Assembly (NCBI RefSeq): GCF_040938485.1
Contig: NW_027271294.1
Span: forward strand, 558,001-622,000
Direction of reading: 5' to 3'
DNA: 64,000 nucleotides
Origin: Diadema antillarum
Taxonomy: Eukaryota
In this document: positions 17,715 through 29,595 of the stretch, piece after piece
Layout: every line of letters starts with the position of its first letter
How positions within the stretch are numbered: position 1 is the stretch's first letter
Notes under the pieces: generated by a model
What the model saw: only the letters and a program-made list of their open reading frames with translations
Database searches by the model: none
What the model was told of the DNA's origin: nothing
Made by a program: the position numbers and the translations under genes

Positions 17715-18197
17715 TATTCACTTCTCACTGATGACCAAATCACTTTCAAAGCATTCTAAATGCTCTTGTACGGCAGTAGAAAACTTAAAAGTTATGAAAA
17801 CCTTGAGCAGTCTCACAGGTTTATGCAATTTGATCACAGTCATTAGTAGCACTTACAAAAGAGAAGAAGAAAGAAATGAATAATTTATGATGTCAAGTCT
17901 TCATTATCATGTCTGATTTGAGAAGATGATTGATTGTAAGTTATGCTGCATAATATCTACTGGAGGTTCTTTCAAGAAGGTTCAAGAGATGGAGTCACAC
18001 GTCTTATTCCCTTTGAACCTATGTTTGATGCCACCACACAAAAATATATGAAATATGTGCCAAAGTTAATCTGCCTCACAGATAGGAAGACAATTGATTT
18101 ATGTCTCATTACACAATGACCAGCCACTCTGCAAGGAAGATATGTCTTTATGATAACAACTACTTTTCACCATCCCTACTTAAAGTTCAATGTACAC

Positions 18198-18611
18198 TTT
18201 TGTACTGCCAAGGCAGGAGGTTATGCTTTCATTGGTGTTGGTTGGTTTGTCTATTTGCAAAATAACTCTGAAGGTTGTGAATGCATTTGAATGAAACTTG
18301 CAGGAAAAATTGATAATGACACAAGGAATAGATGATTAAATTTTGGTAGTGATCCAGGAATTTTTATGCATATTTGAAGGATTTTTAATAATCTTGTGGC
18401 AGTTAGGGTCAGTGAACTTGGGAATTCAAGCTGCATGTATTTGAGGTCTGCGTATATGAGTGCATGCTCTGCTTGGGTGAGGCGCCGCATAGCTGTAAGC
18501 TGATGACTGAAACAAATGTGGGAAATGTGGCGATTTTCAGCAAGCTTGTACCTTTAATGGGTGGAAATAAGCTGCTTGGCAGAGGTCTGCACTGTATGAG
18601 TGCTTTTCTAG
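18198..18611 (+). mobile_element. Helentron/HINE-like non-autonomous element
   Basis: 5' CTGCCAAGGCAGG hairpin/subTIR (18205), 3' subTIR CTTGGCAG (18575-18582), short stem-loop GCACT-GTATG-AGTGC, terminal TTTTCTAG inside a T-rich site. Confidence 0.7.
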
Positions 18612-19769
18612 TTTTTGGATGAGAATGACTTTTGTTTTACATGTCTCATCATTAGGAGAAATTTCATGTAACTTGATGAACAAACAAACAAAATATACCA
18701 AACATTATGTTGAAAGTTCAAAATGAATCTTCAGATTGCTTGGAAAGATTGCAGCATCATATGACTTCAAGTAATCAACTAATCATTCCAGCAAATCAAA
18801 TTTCTATGATTTGGTTCTATTTGATGTTAGTTACACCTGTACTAGTAATCTTTGGTTACCTCACCACTAGCCCAAGATGTTTGGATGATTTTTTTTTTAA
18901 ACCGAATTAATTGTATCCAGTTTTATATGACTACTTAGTGTTGATAAAATAAGGTTCATTAGAAGTCTAAAGCTTGTATTATGTAAATACCCTCAAATGC
19001 ACCTACATGTACTTTCATGTAAAGGTACTGGTACATCATAGGTGTTATTCTTGCTACTAAGACATCCAAATCTGTAAAATGGTAATGATGTTCTCATTTG
19101 TATGGCACAATATGGCACAATGTGCCTGGTAGATACCATTCACCAACTAATAGTTACCTGGGCTGTGTCGTGAGGGGTCGGCATCATTCGCTCGATTTCT
19201 GGTGTGGGTACGTGGGGGGGGGGGGGGGGGGGGAACCACATCACTGGGGTAGCATCCTGCTCTTTGCGAGAAAGAGAAGTATAATGTGCTTGAGTTGTGA
19301 CTCCTCACACTTTTGACCTCCATTTTATGTCCTGTCCGGGAGACAGAGTGTTTCGCCTCATACTAGAGGAAACAGCATAATGGCACCATTAAACACTTCT
19401 CAGCTAGGCTTTAAGTGAGACTTCACGTTGAGCTATTTTTGATTGAAAGGCAGACACTACCAACTGAGCAAATTACAGATTTTTCTTTAAACACGTATTA
19501 TACAAACACATATGATTTACTCTTAGCTTTTCTTTTATAGTATCATTAGCACTCATTAAAGCAAAGAAATTTTTTGGAATGTATCTATATAGATCATGTC
19601 ATGTTCAATTATTGCTACACCTTGTTTGAGATTGACCTTATGTAGTATGGTGCTTGGTAATTCAGTATTTGATTGTTGATTCATGTTTATCTAAATTTTC
19701 TTTAATTTTCACTTATTTGCTGCTTTAACTTCTGTGGCTTTTATAACAGCTGCTTTTTGTTCCGTGGTA

Positions 19770-19976
19770 CTGTAAAACAAGGAATTTTCGCGTGCATTTT
19801 AATTTCGCGAATTTCGCGAGTGCCAAAATTCGCGAAATTAAAATGCACGCAAAACTTTTTGTCTACACTACATGCATTGAACACCAGTGGCAATTCGCGA
19901 AAATTTCATGCCACGAAAAAGGCTGTCGGCTCCAATTCGTGAAAATTTCATGCCGCGAATATATCATGTTTTACAG
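19770..19976. mobile_element. TA-flanked MITE, inverted copy of 11711-11916
   Basis: TIR CTGTAAAACA / TGTTTTACAG, TA TSD, body aligns by eye to the 11711 copy in reverse. Confidence 0.85.
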
Positions 19977-20489
19977 TAATTTGTCTTTTCAAAGATGTTC
20001 TTGATTTTCTGTCTGTTCTGTATAATTTTGAAATAAAACTGCCTTATTGCTCATGTACAAATCTTTCAGAAAGATGTGAATATAAATCATATACATGTAT
20101 ATGCAATAAATAGAAGAAATGTGACCAGAAGGTATCCAAAGTGATATTTTTCAGTGTTAATGGTTTAAAATTTTAAGAGTTTGATCAATGTAGAGGAGTG
20201 TATGTGTGTGTGTGTGTGTGTGTATGTATGTGCTTGTATACATATATGTGTGCTTTATTTGACTATGATTGTGAAGAATAATGCAGCTATTGCTTGTATG
20301 GACAAGATTGTGTGGAATACCAGAACACTTAATTTAGCCAACATCTATGTATTGTTCATTTGAATTTGAAATGTGTAGATAGGCCGTATACACAGATATC
20401 TATAAACTGTATGCGTTGACTGCTGGTAGATGTGATGTTATTCAATCAGTCATGTACATTTTATGAAATGGTGGAAGCATTTTCCCACT

Positions 20490-20905
20490 TAAGCAAGAGA
20501 GACTCTCGGGTCTGGCACACTTTGCCTTCGTGATGCTCTATCTCAGGAAAACTACCGTTCGAGAAATCTTGAAATTCAGGTATTGCTGGAGGCCCCTTGG
20601 GCAATATTCCCCTTATTTAGGGGTAAATTGTATTTGGGTTACAATCTAGGGGCCCACCTGGGAGTACAACCACCATGTGTACAAGCTATAATCCTCTCCC
20701 CCATTGATGATTCTTGCCAAGTTTGGTCAATAATACCACCAGTTTTCAACTAAAAAATCATGAAAATTAGGTAATTTGGGGCTTTGGGGGTCCTGTCCTA
20801 TGCCACCCTATGGGGCACCGCCCCATTTGTACAAACTGATTCCCTCCCCCATTGATGATTCCTTCAAGTTTGATCAAAATCCAGCTACCTGCTTTGTAGC
20901 AGAAT
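20490..20905 (+). repeat. Interspersed repeat with internal tandem units (CCCCCATTGATGATT..AAGTTTG(G/A)TCAA), probably Helentron-associated
   Basis: Two internal repeat units at ~20670-20740 and ~20830-20895; a similar unit occurs at ~13140-13290. Confidence 0.4.
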
Positions 20906-20962
20906 GAAAATATCAAATATTATAGAAATAGCTAATTTTACATGTATGTGCCCCACTGCAGT

Positions 20963-21140
20963 GGCCCTGTTGAACCCACAAATGTAGAAATTGCCCGCAA
21001 GTGTAGAAATTACCCACAAATATAGAAAACATCGCCCACAAATGCAGAAACAAACAGTGCCCACTAATGTACAAAACACCCGGTAATGTTGCAAAAACAA
21101 CAACAAAATGTTTCTACTCAATTGTGGGTTTAACAGGTCC
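20963..21140. mobile_element. MITE with TIRs and ~20-bp subterminal tandem repeats
   Basis: TIR GG(C/A)CCTGTT(G/A)AACCCACAA; tandem CCCACAAATGTAGAAA-like units; no clear TSD. Confidence 0.6.
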
Positions 21141-21611
21141 CCAACAGGGCACTACCATAATTTATAAAACTATTATCCCCTTCCTCAATGTCACACTATA
21201 CTGTACTACACTGAGACAATTGTATGCATCCATGGTAACACTGACTGGTAACAAAAGAAACATATCACTATGTCACAACTTGCATTTTTAAGATATTTTA
21301 ATGCATTACAAAATGAAAAGTGTAACGAAAACACACCCATTTTCACAAACAGACGCCTGGTACTGCCTATTACAAAGCATCCAATACAGCCAATAATGGT
21401 AATGCACAATCTTTCATGATACTAACAGTAACATTGCACCTGATAACCTTTGAATATGCCTCTTATCTGTAACTTCTGAGATGTTACACCACATCACATG
21501 ACATGGTTATACATTTTCAATCTCGCATAAAAACACTGATAGGTTCTCCTTGTTCACAGGAGACACCGAACCCACATCATTACCATTGCATCAAACTACT
21601 ACATTGTACTT

Positions 21612-21745
21612 CTGCTGCTGCTACTACTACTACTATACTACCACCAATGCTACTTCTATTACTGCAACTACTTCTAATATTACTACTGCTACTACTACAT
21701 GTATTACCACCTGATACTACTACTGCTAATACATTTCTTCTACTA
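21612..21745. repeat. (CTA/CTG)n-rich low-complexity repeat
   Basis: Directly visible degenerate trinucleotide repeat. Confidence 0.85.
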
Positions 21746-21938
21746 CACAGGAACCTTGTTTAATAACGAGTTGCATGGGACCACTGAAATGTCCATGTTA
21801 TATCTGGTATAATGTATCTCAGCATATCAGGGATAAAAACAAAAGCATACCTGTTGATGTAAGGAATGGGACTGCAAAATTACCTTGTTATATCCGGTAT
21901 CTCACTTTATCTGACGTCACTATAACGACATTCCTCTG
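21746..21938. mobile_element. Degenerate Tigger/pogo-like MITE
   Basis: TA-flanked, degenerate CA(C/G)AGGAA..C.TGTT.(T)ATAA-type ends, internal GTTATA repeats. Confidence 0.45.
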
Positions 21939-24382
21939 TACTGCTGATTGTAATGAAATTCACATAAATCCAATAGATAGTGGGTGACAGTATACAGTAC
22001 TTGCATATACTTGTATCTATTTTTTGCTTTTCTTTTTATTTTCTCTCTCATATGATAGGATAAATGTTTCACTTGCTGATTGATGAATATTCTAAAGGTG
22101 AAAGCCTTAGTTTTTCTCACGAAAAGGCTATGATCTGCTTCATAGAAACAGCTGTAGCAACATGATGTATAATGCACTTACAGTATGTATGTATCACACA
22201 ATAACATGCATGCAGAGAAACGGCAGACTTGGGTAAATTCCATTTGCTAGGGCATTGCATTATTTGAAGTGTGACATATTTGGCAATATGATGATGCACA
22301 CAGCATCCTATCAGAAACATACAGCTGAGTAGATACTAGTCCAAGCTACATTCCACTTTTTATCTCCATTATCTTCATTTATTTCTCTCTCTCTTTTTTT
22401 TTTTTCGGGGGGGGGGGGGGGAGGTATTCTATCATCATCCCCACCCCCCCCCCACCCACCCCCCCGTTCTCTACCATCAGCCTGGGTAAATTTCATTCTC
22501 GCCTATCACACTGACATGTCAGTTCTTCGTAAATCTGCATTATTTACATAATCACTTAGTTTACAAGTACCTGCTGGGTGTGACATGTACATGAATACAT
22601 ATTTCAATGTCGACAATGATTAAAAAAAAAACACACACAATGTTCCACACAATACAGTCCGAGTAAATATAAAACCCTGTACACATGACCTAATACTTTA
22701 TAGCAAAACAGTTCTGGCTGTACACAATAATTAATATTTCAGGATGTTGGCAAACTTACAATTCAGTTGGAAGCTTCAGTACAAAATTACCATCTGTTTG
22801 CCAACAATTTTTACTTAGAGAAGCCAAGGTTCAGGCTTTAACCAACAGTAAACACTGGAACCTTGATGAACTCATTGCCTGTTATCTGAGGACCCTGAAT
22901 TCTTACATCTACTTAGAGTTTAATTCAAATTTGATTGAAACTCGGACTTTGGATGTAAAGGCTAGATGAGTATTTATGAAGTACGCTGTATTTGTGACAA
23001 AGTTTCGTTGAGCAGTAGTTAGTATCCTTCCAATATTGTACATTTTATTCTTAGATGCTGCCAGTATGAGGTTCATGGCTGATCAGCCATGCTTCCTGAC
23101 AAACAAGTATTTTTAGAGGATGAATATTTGGCAAAGAAGGAAGAATAGGGGTAATAAATAAAGGTTAATGACATGACCACAAAGTATGACCAAGAAATTA
23201 CAATCCTATTCAATTCTTTTATGTTCTTCATTGACTGTAAAAGTACTCATTCTAATTTCCATCATATAAGCAGCAACATTTCATTTGTCACACATTGGTT
23301 CCCAGTTACATATTATACATTACACTTTGCTACACACAGTGGTTATATGCACTACCAAATTATCATTTCTGACTTATTACACCATTCAATTATAAAATCA
23401 TGAATCATTTTTAAAATCAATGCTATAATATCACTGTGGCAAGCAAAAACATGTTTTTCTGCAATAATAGGAAGAAACATTAAGGCAAGACAAGTAGATA
23501 CTGAAATCACACACTTCAAAATACCCAAGTAAAAAAAAAACCACATAAGCTCAGCTCAAGGTTGTGTAGGCCTGTTGTACATACATGATGCAAATATCAG
23601 AATGGTATAATCTATGCACAAGAAATGACATCTAATTCTGTAAATGACCAGCTTGGCATAGAAGCACAGTTGTCACAGTGTGAATTCATCTTACCTGGTA
23701 CAATACCACTGTCAACAGAGAACTAATGGCCAATAGCTTAGGTCCCTTTAAAGAGAAATTATTTCAACATCAATTCTTCTAGAATGGCCAATGATGATTT
23801 TTATAAATACAATATAACTTGAGCAAAATTCTTCAGCTGTGATAACATGGAGTTACTATTTTTGTCATGCTACAAATATTTACACAGACTCGCAAAATAA
23901 ATACTATGACATGACGAGCAGTTTCGGATATGACTTATGGGGCTAAAGATAGATCTTACGTGTTGTTAGTTCCAAAGTATGTTTATGCAAATTTGCACTT
24001 GAATATATTTTGGTACATAAAAAGTACAATGTATGATGCATTACATTTGTATATATGAATACATGGTAAAATTGTAATTTTCATAATCCAAAAAGGTAAG
24101 CCAAATATTTTGATAATAAAGAACAGCCTTGTGCAGTGTGATTTATGAAGGATGCTGCAAGACTCTTGTTTGAGCACTAGTCCACCAATCACCATGCAGG
24201 TATCGGTATAATAAGAGTAATATTGCTGATCAGACATTTCAGCCACACAAAATTGCATGTACACAAAACATATTTGCATTTCTTTAATGCACTTGAATCA
24301 ATATTTGAAGAAATGCAAAAAAAAAAACACAATAAACATTAATTAGCTATGCCACAATTCAATCTCACATTCGAGTAACGTT

Positions 24383-24422
<40 letters not shown>

Positions 24423-24479
24423 CCCCTCCCAACGGTCGGCTGTATACTGTGCATGTTTTGCAAATCATGCTGGAATGGC

Positions 24480-25255
24480 CTATTCGCCTCTGACCTGACC
24501 GGCTGGTGGGTACAGCAGCTGCGGGTGACGTGACCAAATAGCCTACCATGCACAACACACTCATGGGGTTCAACCAGACAAGAGTATTTAGGGGAGCCTT
24601 TCAAAGCTGTCAAAGTTGTAACAAGGACCAAGCAAGAGTCCCTAAGATGCGGCTATTGTGGCTGCAGGGGATACAGTGTAGGTACATACTTGTACATTGT
24701 AGCTCTATGCCGAGCACCACACACCCGGGACACATCCCCAGGTCTACTCTGCTTTCGTGTTATTCCTATCAATCTATATTAATTTTGTTCTCTTGCAAGT
24801 TTTAGAGAATGATGCAAGCTCGGTGCCCCCGGCCCTTTGCTCTTCTGCTGCACGCCCAGGCTGGCTAGGTTGTGTGTTGGGTGTATGCTTGGTTTCAGAC
24901 CCTGACATCCGAATCCACAATGACCTGAACAACCTGCCACCAATGCACCTGAAATCTTGCAAGCCAGTCTGGATGTCCCATCCATCATTGGAACACTTTG
25001 GCTCCAAAAGTGAATGGCGCAGATGCTGGTCGGATGCTGTCTGCAACACAACTCAATTAAGTTACGGGCAGCACCATAACTGACCCGACAGCAAAGCCGG
25101 AGGGCTTCACCCTACCTTGGAAACGGTACGGTGGCTCACCCTAAACCACATCCGAGCCCTCCATGCAAGGACAGGCAAACATCTACACCAATCAGGGTTC
25201 TCGGCTAGCCCTGTGTGTGACTGCCACCTGTGGAACTAAACAGTTGGAAGACTGT
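24480..25255 (+). mobile_element. Decayed non-LTR retrotransposon ORF2 C-terminal remnant
   Basis: Frame-hopping translation ..RIHNDLNNLPPMHLKSCKPVW..ITDPTAKPEGFTLPWKR..WLTLNHIRALHARTGKHLHQSGFSASPVCDCH resembles the WxxLNRxRT..GR....L.KWG....P.CDCG tail of LINE ORF2; clade not assigned. Confidence 0.7.
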
Positions 25256-25299
25256 TGCAAGTGAATGGTGGGCGAGACTCTGGTAGTGAACACCCACCT

Positions 25300-27980
25300 C
25301 TTGGCACTATACAAAGCAGCTGGTGTAACCTGCAGAAGAAGCGGGATATTCTACGAAAAGAGAAGTTCCATGAATTCCTCAGTGCACCCTATGCAATTCG
25401 TCAGCCCAAACCAGTGAGAGAGGAGGTGGATAGCGACAACAAGAGGATCACGGGTGATGATGCAGATGATGTTTTTGACCTCTATCCTGATGACATCACA
25501 CCTGCAATGTTTGATCAAGTAATGATATGTATGCAGGAGCTGACGTACCATATCGAGGATGAAATAGTGGAGCATAATCAAACAAAGAGTGAATGCTTGA
25601 AAGCAAGTAAAGAAATTGAGAATTAGAGACTGCTTTGATACAAATGCATGATATCACATAAAGATTTGAAAGGCACATCAGTAGCTTACAAAAAAAAGAA
25701 TCTGGTTCGAAAGTTAGAGAGAAGAGAAAAGGAAATCTACGATGATGCTAAAGAAATTCAGGAACTTAACGAGAAAATTCAACAGCTGGAGAAGAAAGTT
25801 TCTCTTCTGTAACAGGAGAAGAAGAAAAAGAATGACTCTAGGAAACATTTCAAACAAAGTTATGAAAGAGACAAGGCTGCAACAAAGGATCTAAAGAAAA
25901 ATGTCAAACAACTGAATCAGAAACTGAAGATCTACAGTGCAGAAAAAGTGAAGTATATGGATGCTTCAATAAGTACTTTTGAAAAAGGACAATACACCAG
26001 TGGCATCAGACAGACATGCTTTGAGCTTCTCTCTAGAGGTGTTTCAAGAAAGAATGTATCTGAGATCATTCGAGTAGTCTTGCAAGATGTCGCAAAGATG
26101 AAAGTCGGCCGCCTCCCAAAACCCACATTATCAAGATACTTGTGTGTAGAGAAAGCTATATGCTCAACAAGGAAGCTGCCAGGGCCAAGATGGCAACATT
26201 GGAAAACCCCATCACTCTGCATATTGACCGAACTACCAAAAAAAAGGAAAGGTTACACTACCTTCCTTGCATCGATGGATGAAGGCACAATTGGGATGTC
26301 ACTGCATGATATATCAACAAAGAGTTTAGATTCTCTTTTAAAGGATGCTGAAGAAACACTCAATGAACTGATGACCTCGAGTATAAGTGAGGATAAGGAA
26401 CATGTTTTGCATTTACTGGCAAAAGTCAAGATCACTTTGACAGACCGCTACGTCACCAACAAAGCATTCATCACAAAACTGGAGAAATGGCAAGCAGAAG
26501 CCTTACCTCAAGTTGGTGAAAAATTGGAAAAGCTGGAGGACCAAACAATCCAAGAGTTAACCACAGTAAACGATCTCTTCTGTGGAAAGCACCTAATTCT
26601 AAATCTTCAAGAGTATGCTTCTGTAGCCCTGAATGAACGGGAAAAAATTGAAAGTGACTCTGGAAAAATAGGAAGGGAGAAGAAACTGCTGTGGAACAGA
26701 AGCAAAAATGCCTCAGCTTCAATGCTGACAGTAAGAACATTTTGTAACCTGTTGGGTCCGGAGTGCGATACACAGTCTGGATTAACAGAAGAATTTAAGT
26801 CCACTGTGGATGTTTCTCACCTCATGGCCTACAGGGGAAATAGATTCAATGTGCCATTCCATAACGCTGGGGCAGTGTTCTACCATAGAGATGATTTCTA
26901 TGCATTGTGCTCCTCACTGGATGCTTCTCAAGAAGTAACCATGTACATCAAATGTTTGAAAGCAGACACTGAGGATGACCTTATCATTGCAGGTATGAGA
27001 GCGATGGGCATCATCGGCCAGCATATATCATCCCCCTTGATGAAGATGGTAGAGAGTGATATTCATGTACTTAATACAGACAAGTATTATGCAAGGCTTC
27101 ACAAGAAAATCAATGATTGGATGTTGGATCCTTCCCCACTGGTCAATGACACTGCTCTCTTGTTTGAAGATTTCCCGCCCGTAAAGAATGAAGTACACAG
27201 ATCACTGTATGCTGAGACAACAGCCAATATCGAACAGCTGACCAAGCAAGCACTCTCCATAATCATGCACAACATGCTAGTGTGTGTGTCCTGTCAACTA
27301 GCAGACCATCTTCCTGGAGGGCGTTTCTACAATGCAGATGAAAAAAACAGACAAGATACTGTGACATGTCCTAAAGATAACTTGTCAGCTGAACGAGTTT
27401 TCTCAGGCCTAGACCGAATGCGAAGGATCATGCCAAACATAAACACTGTTGCCTTATGATATAAAATGTGAATATGAATAAAACTAGAGAATACCTTGAT
27501 GGCATGGATGAGCGCACATTAACTGAGTTTCTAAAGAATGCCCGCCGTCAAAGATCAACAAATCTTGAGCTATATCGGAAGAAGAGCACAACCATCAAAC
27601 AGGATGATGCAGAACAGAGAAAAGAAAGCTGCAAAACAATGTCTGCTTACACAACAAGCTACGGATAACACCACCCATGCCTCGGATGTCTGCGGTAGGA
27701 TTTGTACACATGACAGCCATGTTGATGGACGGAACCAACAACAGTTTGAGGAAGCTGTAGTGGCAAACCCGATCTTACATTGTACGAACCATTACCGGAG
27801 TGCACTATCAAAGGAGCAGGAGATCTCGCGAAATCTCGCATGAAACCAGAACACACCATCGCAGATGAAGAAATCGCAAATGACAATACTGGGCAGAGGA
27901 ATGAGGACATTCCAAAGCAAAGTGTAAAACATCAAGTGGTCATTAAAACAAAATCAGGTCGCATTAGCAAATCACGAGAA
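25300..27980 (+). pseudogene. Decayed DDE transposase gene (hAT/P/MULE-type with CxxH motif) with N-terminal coiled coil
   Basis: 503-aa ORF 25948-27459 is in the same frame as upstream coiled-coil sequence broken by stops at 25624, 25636, 25810; motifs LHIDRTTK (frame-shifted), TLTDRYVTNKAF, FCGKHL, YRGNRFN, NLSAERVFSGLD; frameshifted continuation NKTREYL.. after 27459. No TIRs located. Confidence 0.8.
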
Positions 27981-28003
27981 TAATTTGTAGCGATACTGTG
28001 ATT

Positions 28004-29359
28004 AGGCCTGTTTTCATCAGCCCAAACTTTAAAATTAGCGCTATCTTGCGGTTACCAAACTAGCCCTATGTCAAAATAGCGCGCTATTTGTATAGTGAAG
28101 GTGCAGATAGCGTGCTATTTGATCGGGAAAATTTCCCCCAAAATCTTGGTCTAGTTCGAACTAGAGCGCTAATTTGTGAAAAAGCGCGCTATTTCGGGTG
28201 CGTCTTAATCAGCCTGAAATTTTCTCGCTCCCATCATACTGTGCACGCTTCCGGTGAGCCAGCTGCTGGGCTGGCGGAAAAAATACACGCACGGTGTGTT
28301 TGTAAACATCACTAGTATATAGCGTTCACCGTAAGGATCACATGTGCGTACCACTGCATTGCGCTATACATCTTCGAACTCGTTTACTCCGTACCTTTCA
28401 TGCTGGCTGTCTCTTCTTCTTCTTGTACTATGCAGAACCTCCAGAGAGAATTTGTCCGTGTTTGATGTTTCTTGTTATATAAACTTCTTGGCTCGTTGTT
28501 GAATATTTAGAGTGAGTTTGTGCATGTTTTGAGAGCAATTGATGAGGAGGTGCGTACAGTAAGAGCACTAGCACATTTCTTCTCATTAGGATGTCTCACT
28601 GGACAGAGGAGCAAGTTGCCATCATGTGTATTGATTTCACTGTGGGGAGAAGACGGCAAGACAGCAAGTTCGAACAGACCGCCAGCACTACAACTCGAGG
28701 AAAGAAGATTTATGAAAATCTGAGCAAAGAGCTGCAGCTTGTGGCATGACAAAGACAGCTCAACAAGTTAAGAGTAAAATAAAAAACCTTCAATCAGAGT
28801 ATAAAAAAGAAAAGGACTACTTGAACCGTAGTGGACGTGACAGAAAGCCTACTGGGAAGTACTATGAAGTGATGGACGAAATTCTGGGAAACAGGCCGGC
28901 CATTTCTCCACAAGGCCATGTTCGTGAACACATGACGGCTATTTCGAGTACGGCGAAGCCTTCTTCCAGCATTCATGTACGGTACCAACGGAATTGTAGA
29001 AAATAGACCTGAAAGCGAGCATGATCAAGATCGACGCGACGAATTTCGCGAGTCAATCAAGCTCGTACACACTACACCCACCCAGATACACCTACTGGCA
29101 GACGGGTCTGCTCCGCTGCTGTGTATGTGTACAGCACACTAATATGAGAGATTTTGCGTGGGGGAATCCACTTTCCAACCACGCGCTAAGCAGAGCAATG
29201 ATGCAAAGTACGCATGCGTCAAATTTCTGGCTAATTTCCCCAAGTGGGCTTGACCCGACGTTTCAAGCTGATGGAGATGCACATTCGCAATATCAGGCTA
29301 TTTTCCCACATCGCAAAATAGAGCGCTATTTTGAACTTCGGGCTGATGAAGGCATGCCT
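28004..29359 (+). mobile_element. PIF/Harbinger-superfamily deletion derivative (1356 bp) carrying a Myb/SANT-like gene
   Basis: ~45-bp imperfect TIR AGGC(C/A)TG(TT/CC)TTCATCAGCCC(A/G)AA..; ATT at 28001-28003 and 29360-29362; no DDE nuclease ORF inside. Confidence 0.8.
28591..28900 (+). pseudogene. Frameshifted Myb/SANT-like (MSANTD/trihelix-type) DNA-binding domain gene
   Basis: Joining frames gives MSHWTEEQVA..LISLWGED..KFEQTASTTTRGKKIYENLSKELQ..GMTKTAQQVKSKIKNLQSEYKKEKD..RSGRDRKPTGKYYEVMDEILGNRP, the W..W / K.KNL..Y / MDEILG pattern of Harbinger-associated Myb/SANT proteins. Confidence 0.8.
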
Positions 29360-29532
29360 ATTAGAGATAAAATATGAAATGTTAACCTGTCGAATGATTT
29401 GGACTGGAAGGACAATGATTTTGGATTTGTGATGGGACTGATCAATGAATGGACTTTGTTCGATAACACAATGAATTCTGTGAAAAGAAAAGCAACAATG
29501 AACTCAGTTTTGGACTCATATAATTATTCTTC

Positions 29533-29595
29533 ATGATTATGATTATGATTGTGATTATGATTATGATTATGATTATGATTATGATTATGATTATT
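29533..29595. repeat. (ATGATT)n microsatellite
   Basis: Directly visible. Confidence 0.95.

Noticed and set aside
20975-21070. CRISPR-like ~20-bp repeats
   Set aside because: Tandem with no unique spacers, inside a TIR element, eukaryotic context, no cas genes.
21503-21763. Hydrophobic poly-Leu ORF resembling a membrane peptide
   Set aside because: Translation of the (CTA)n microsatellite; the poly-Ile ORF at 29442-29654 likewise comes from (ATGATT)n.
25948-27459. Intact 503-aa host or domesticated gene
   Set aside because: Upstream in-frame stops, downstream frameshift, apparent out-of-frame catalytic motif, no introns and a TE-nest context indicate a decayed transposase.
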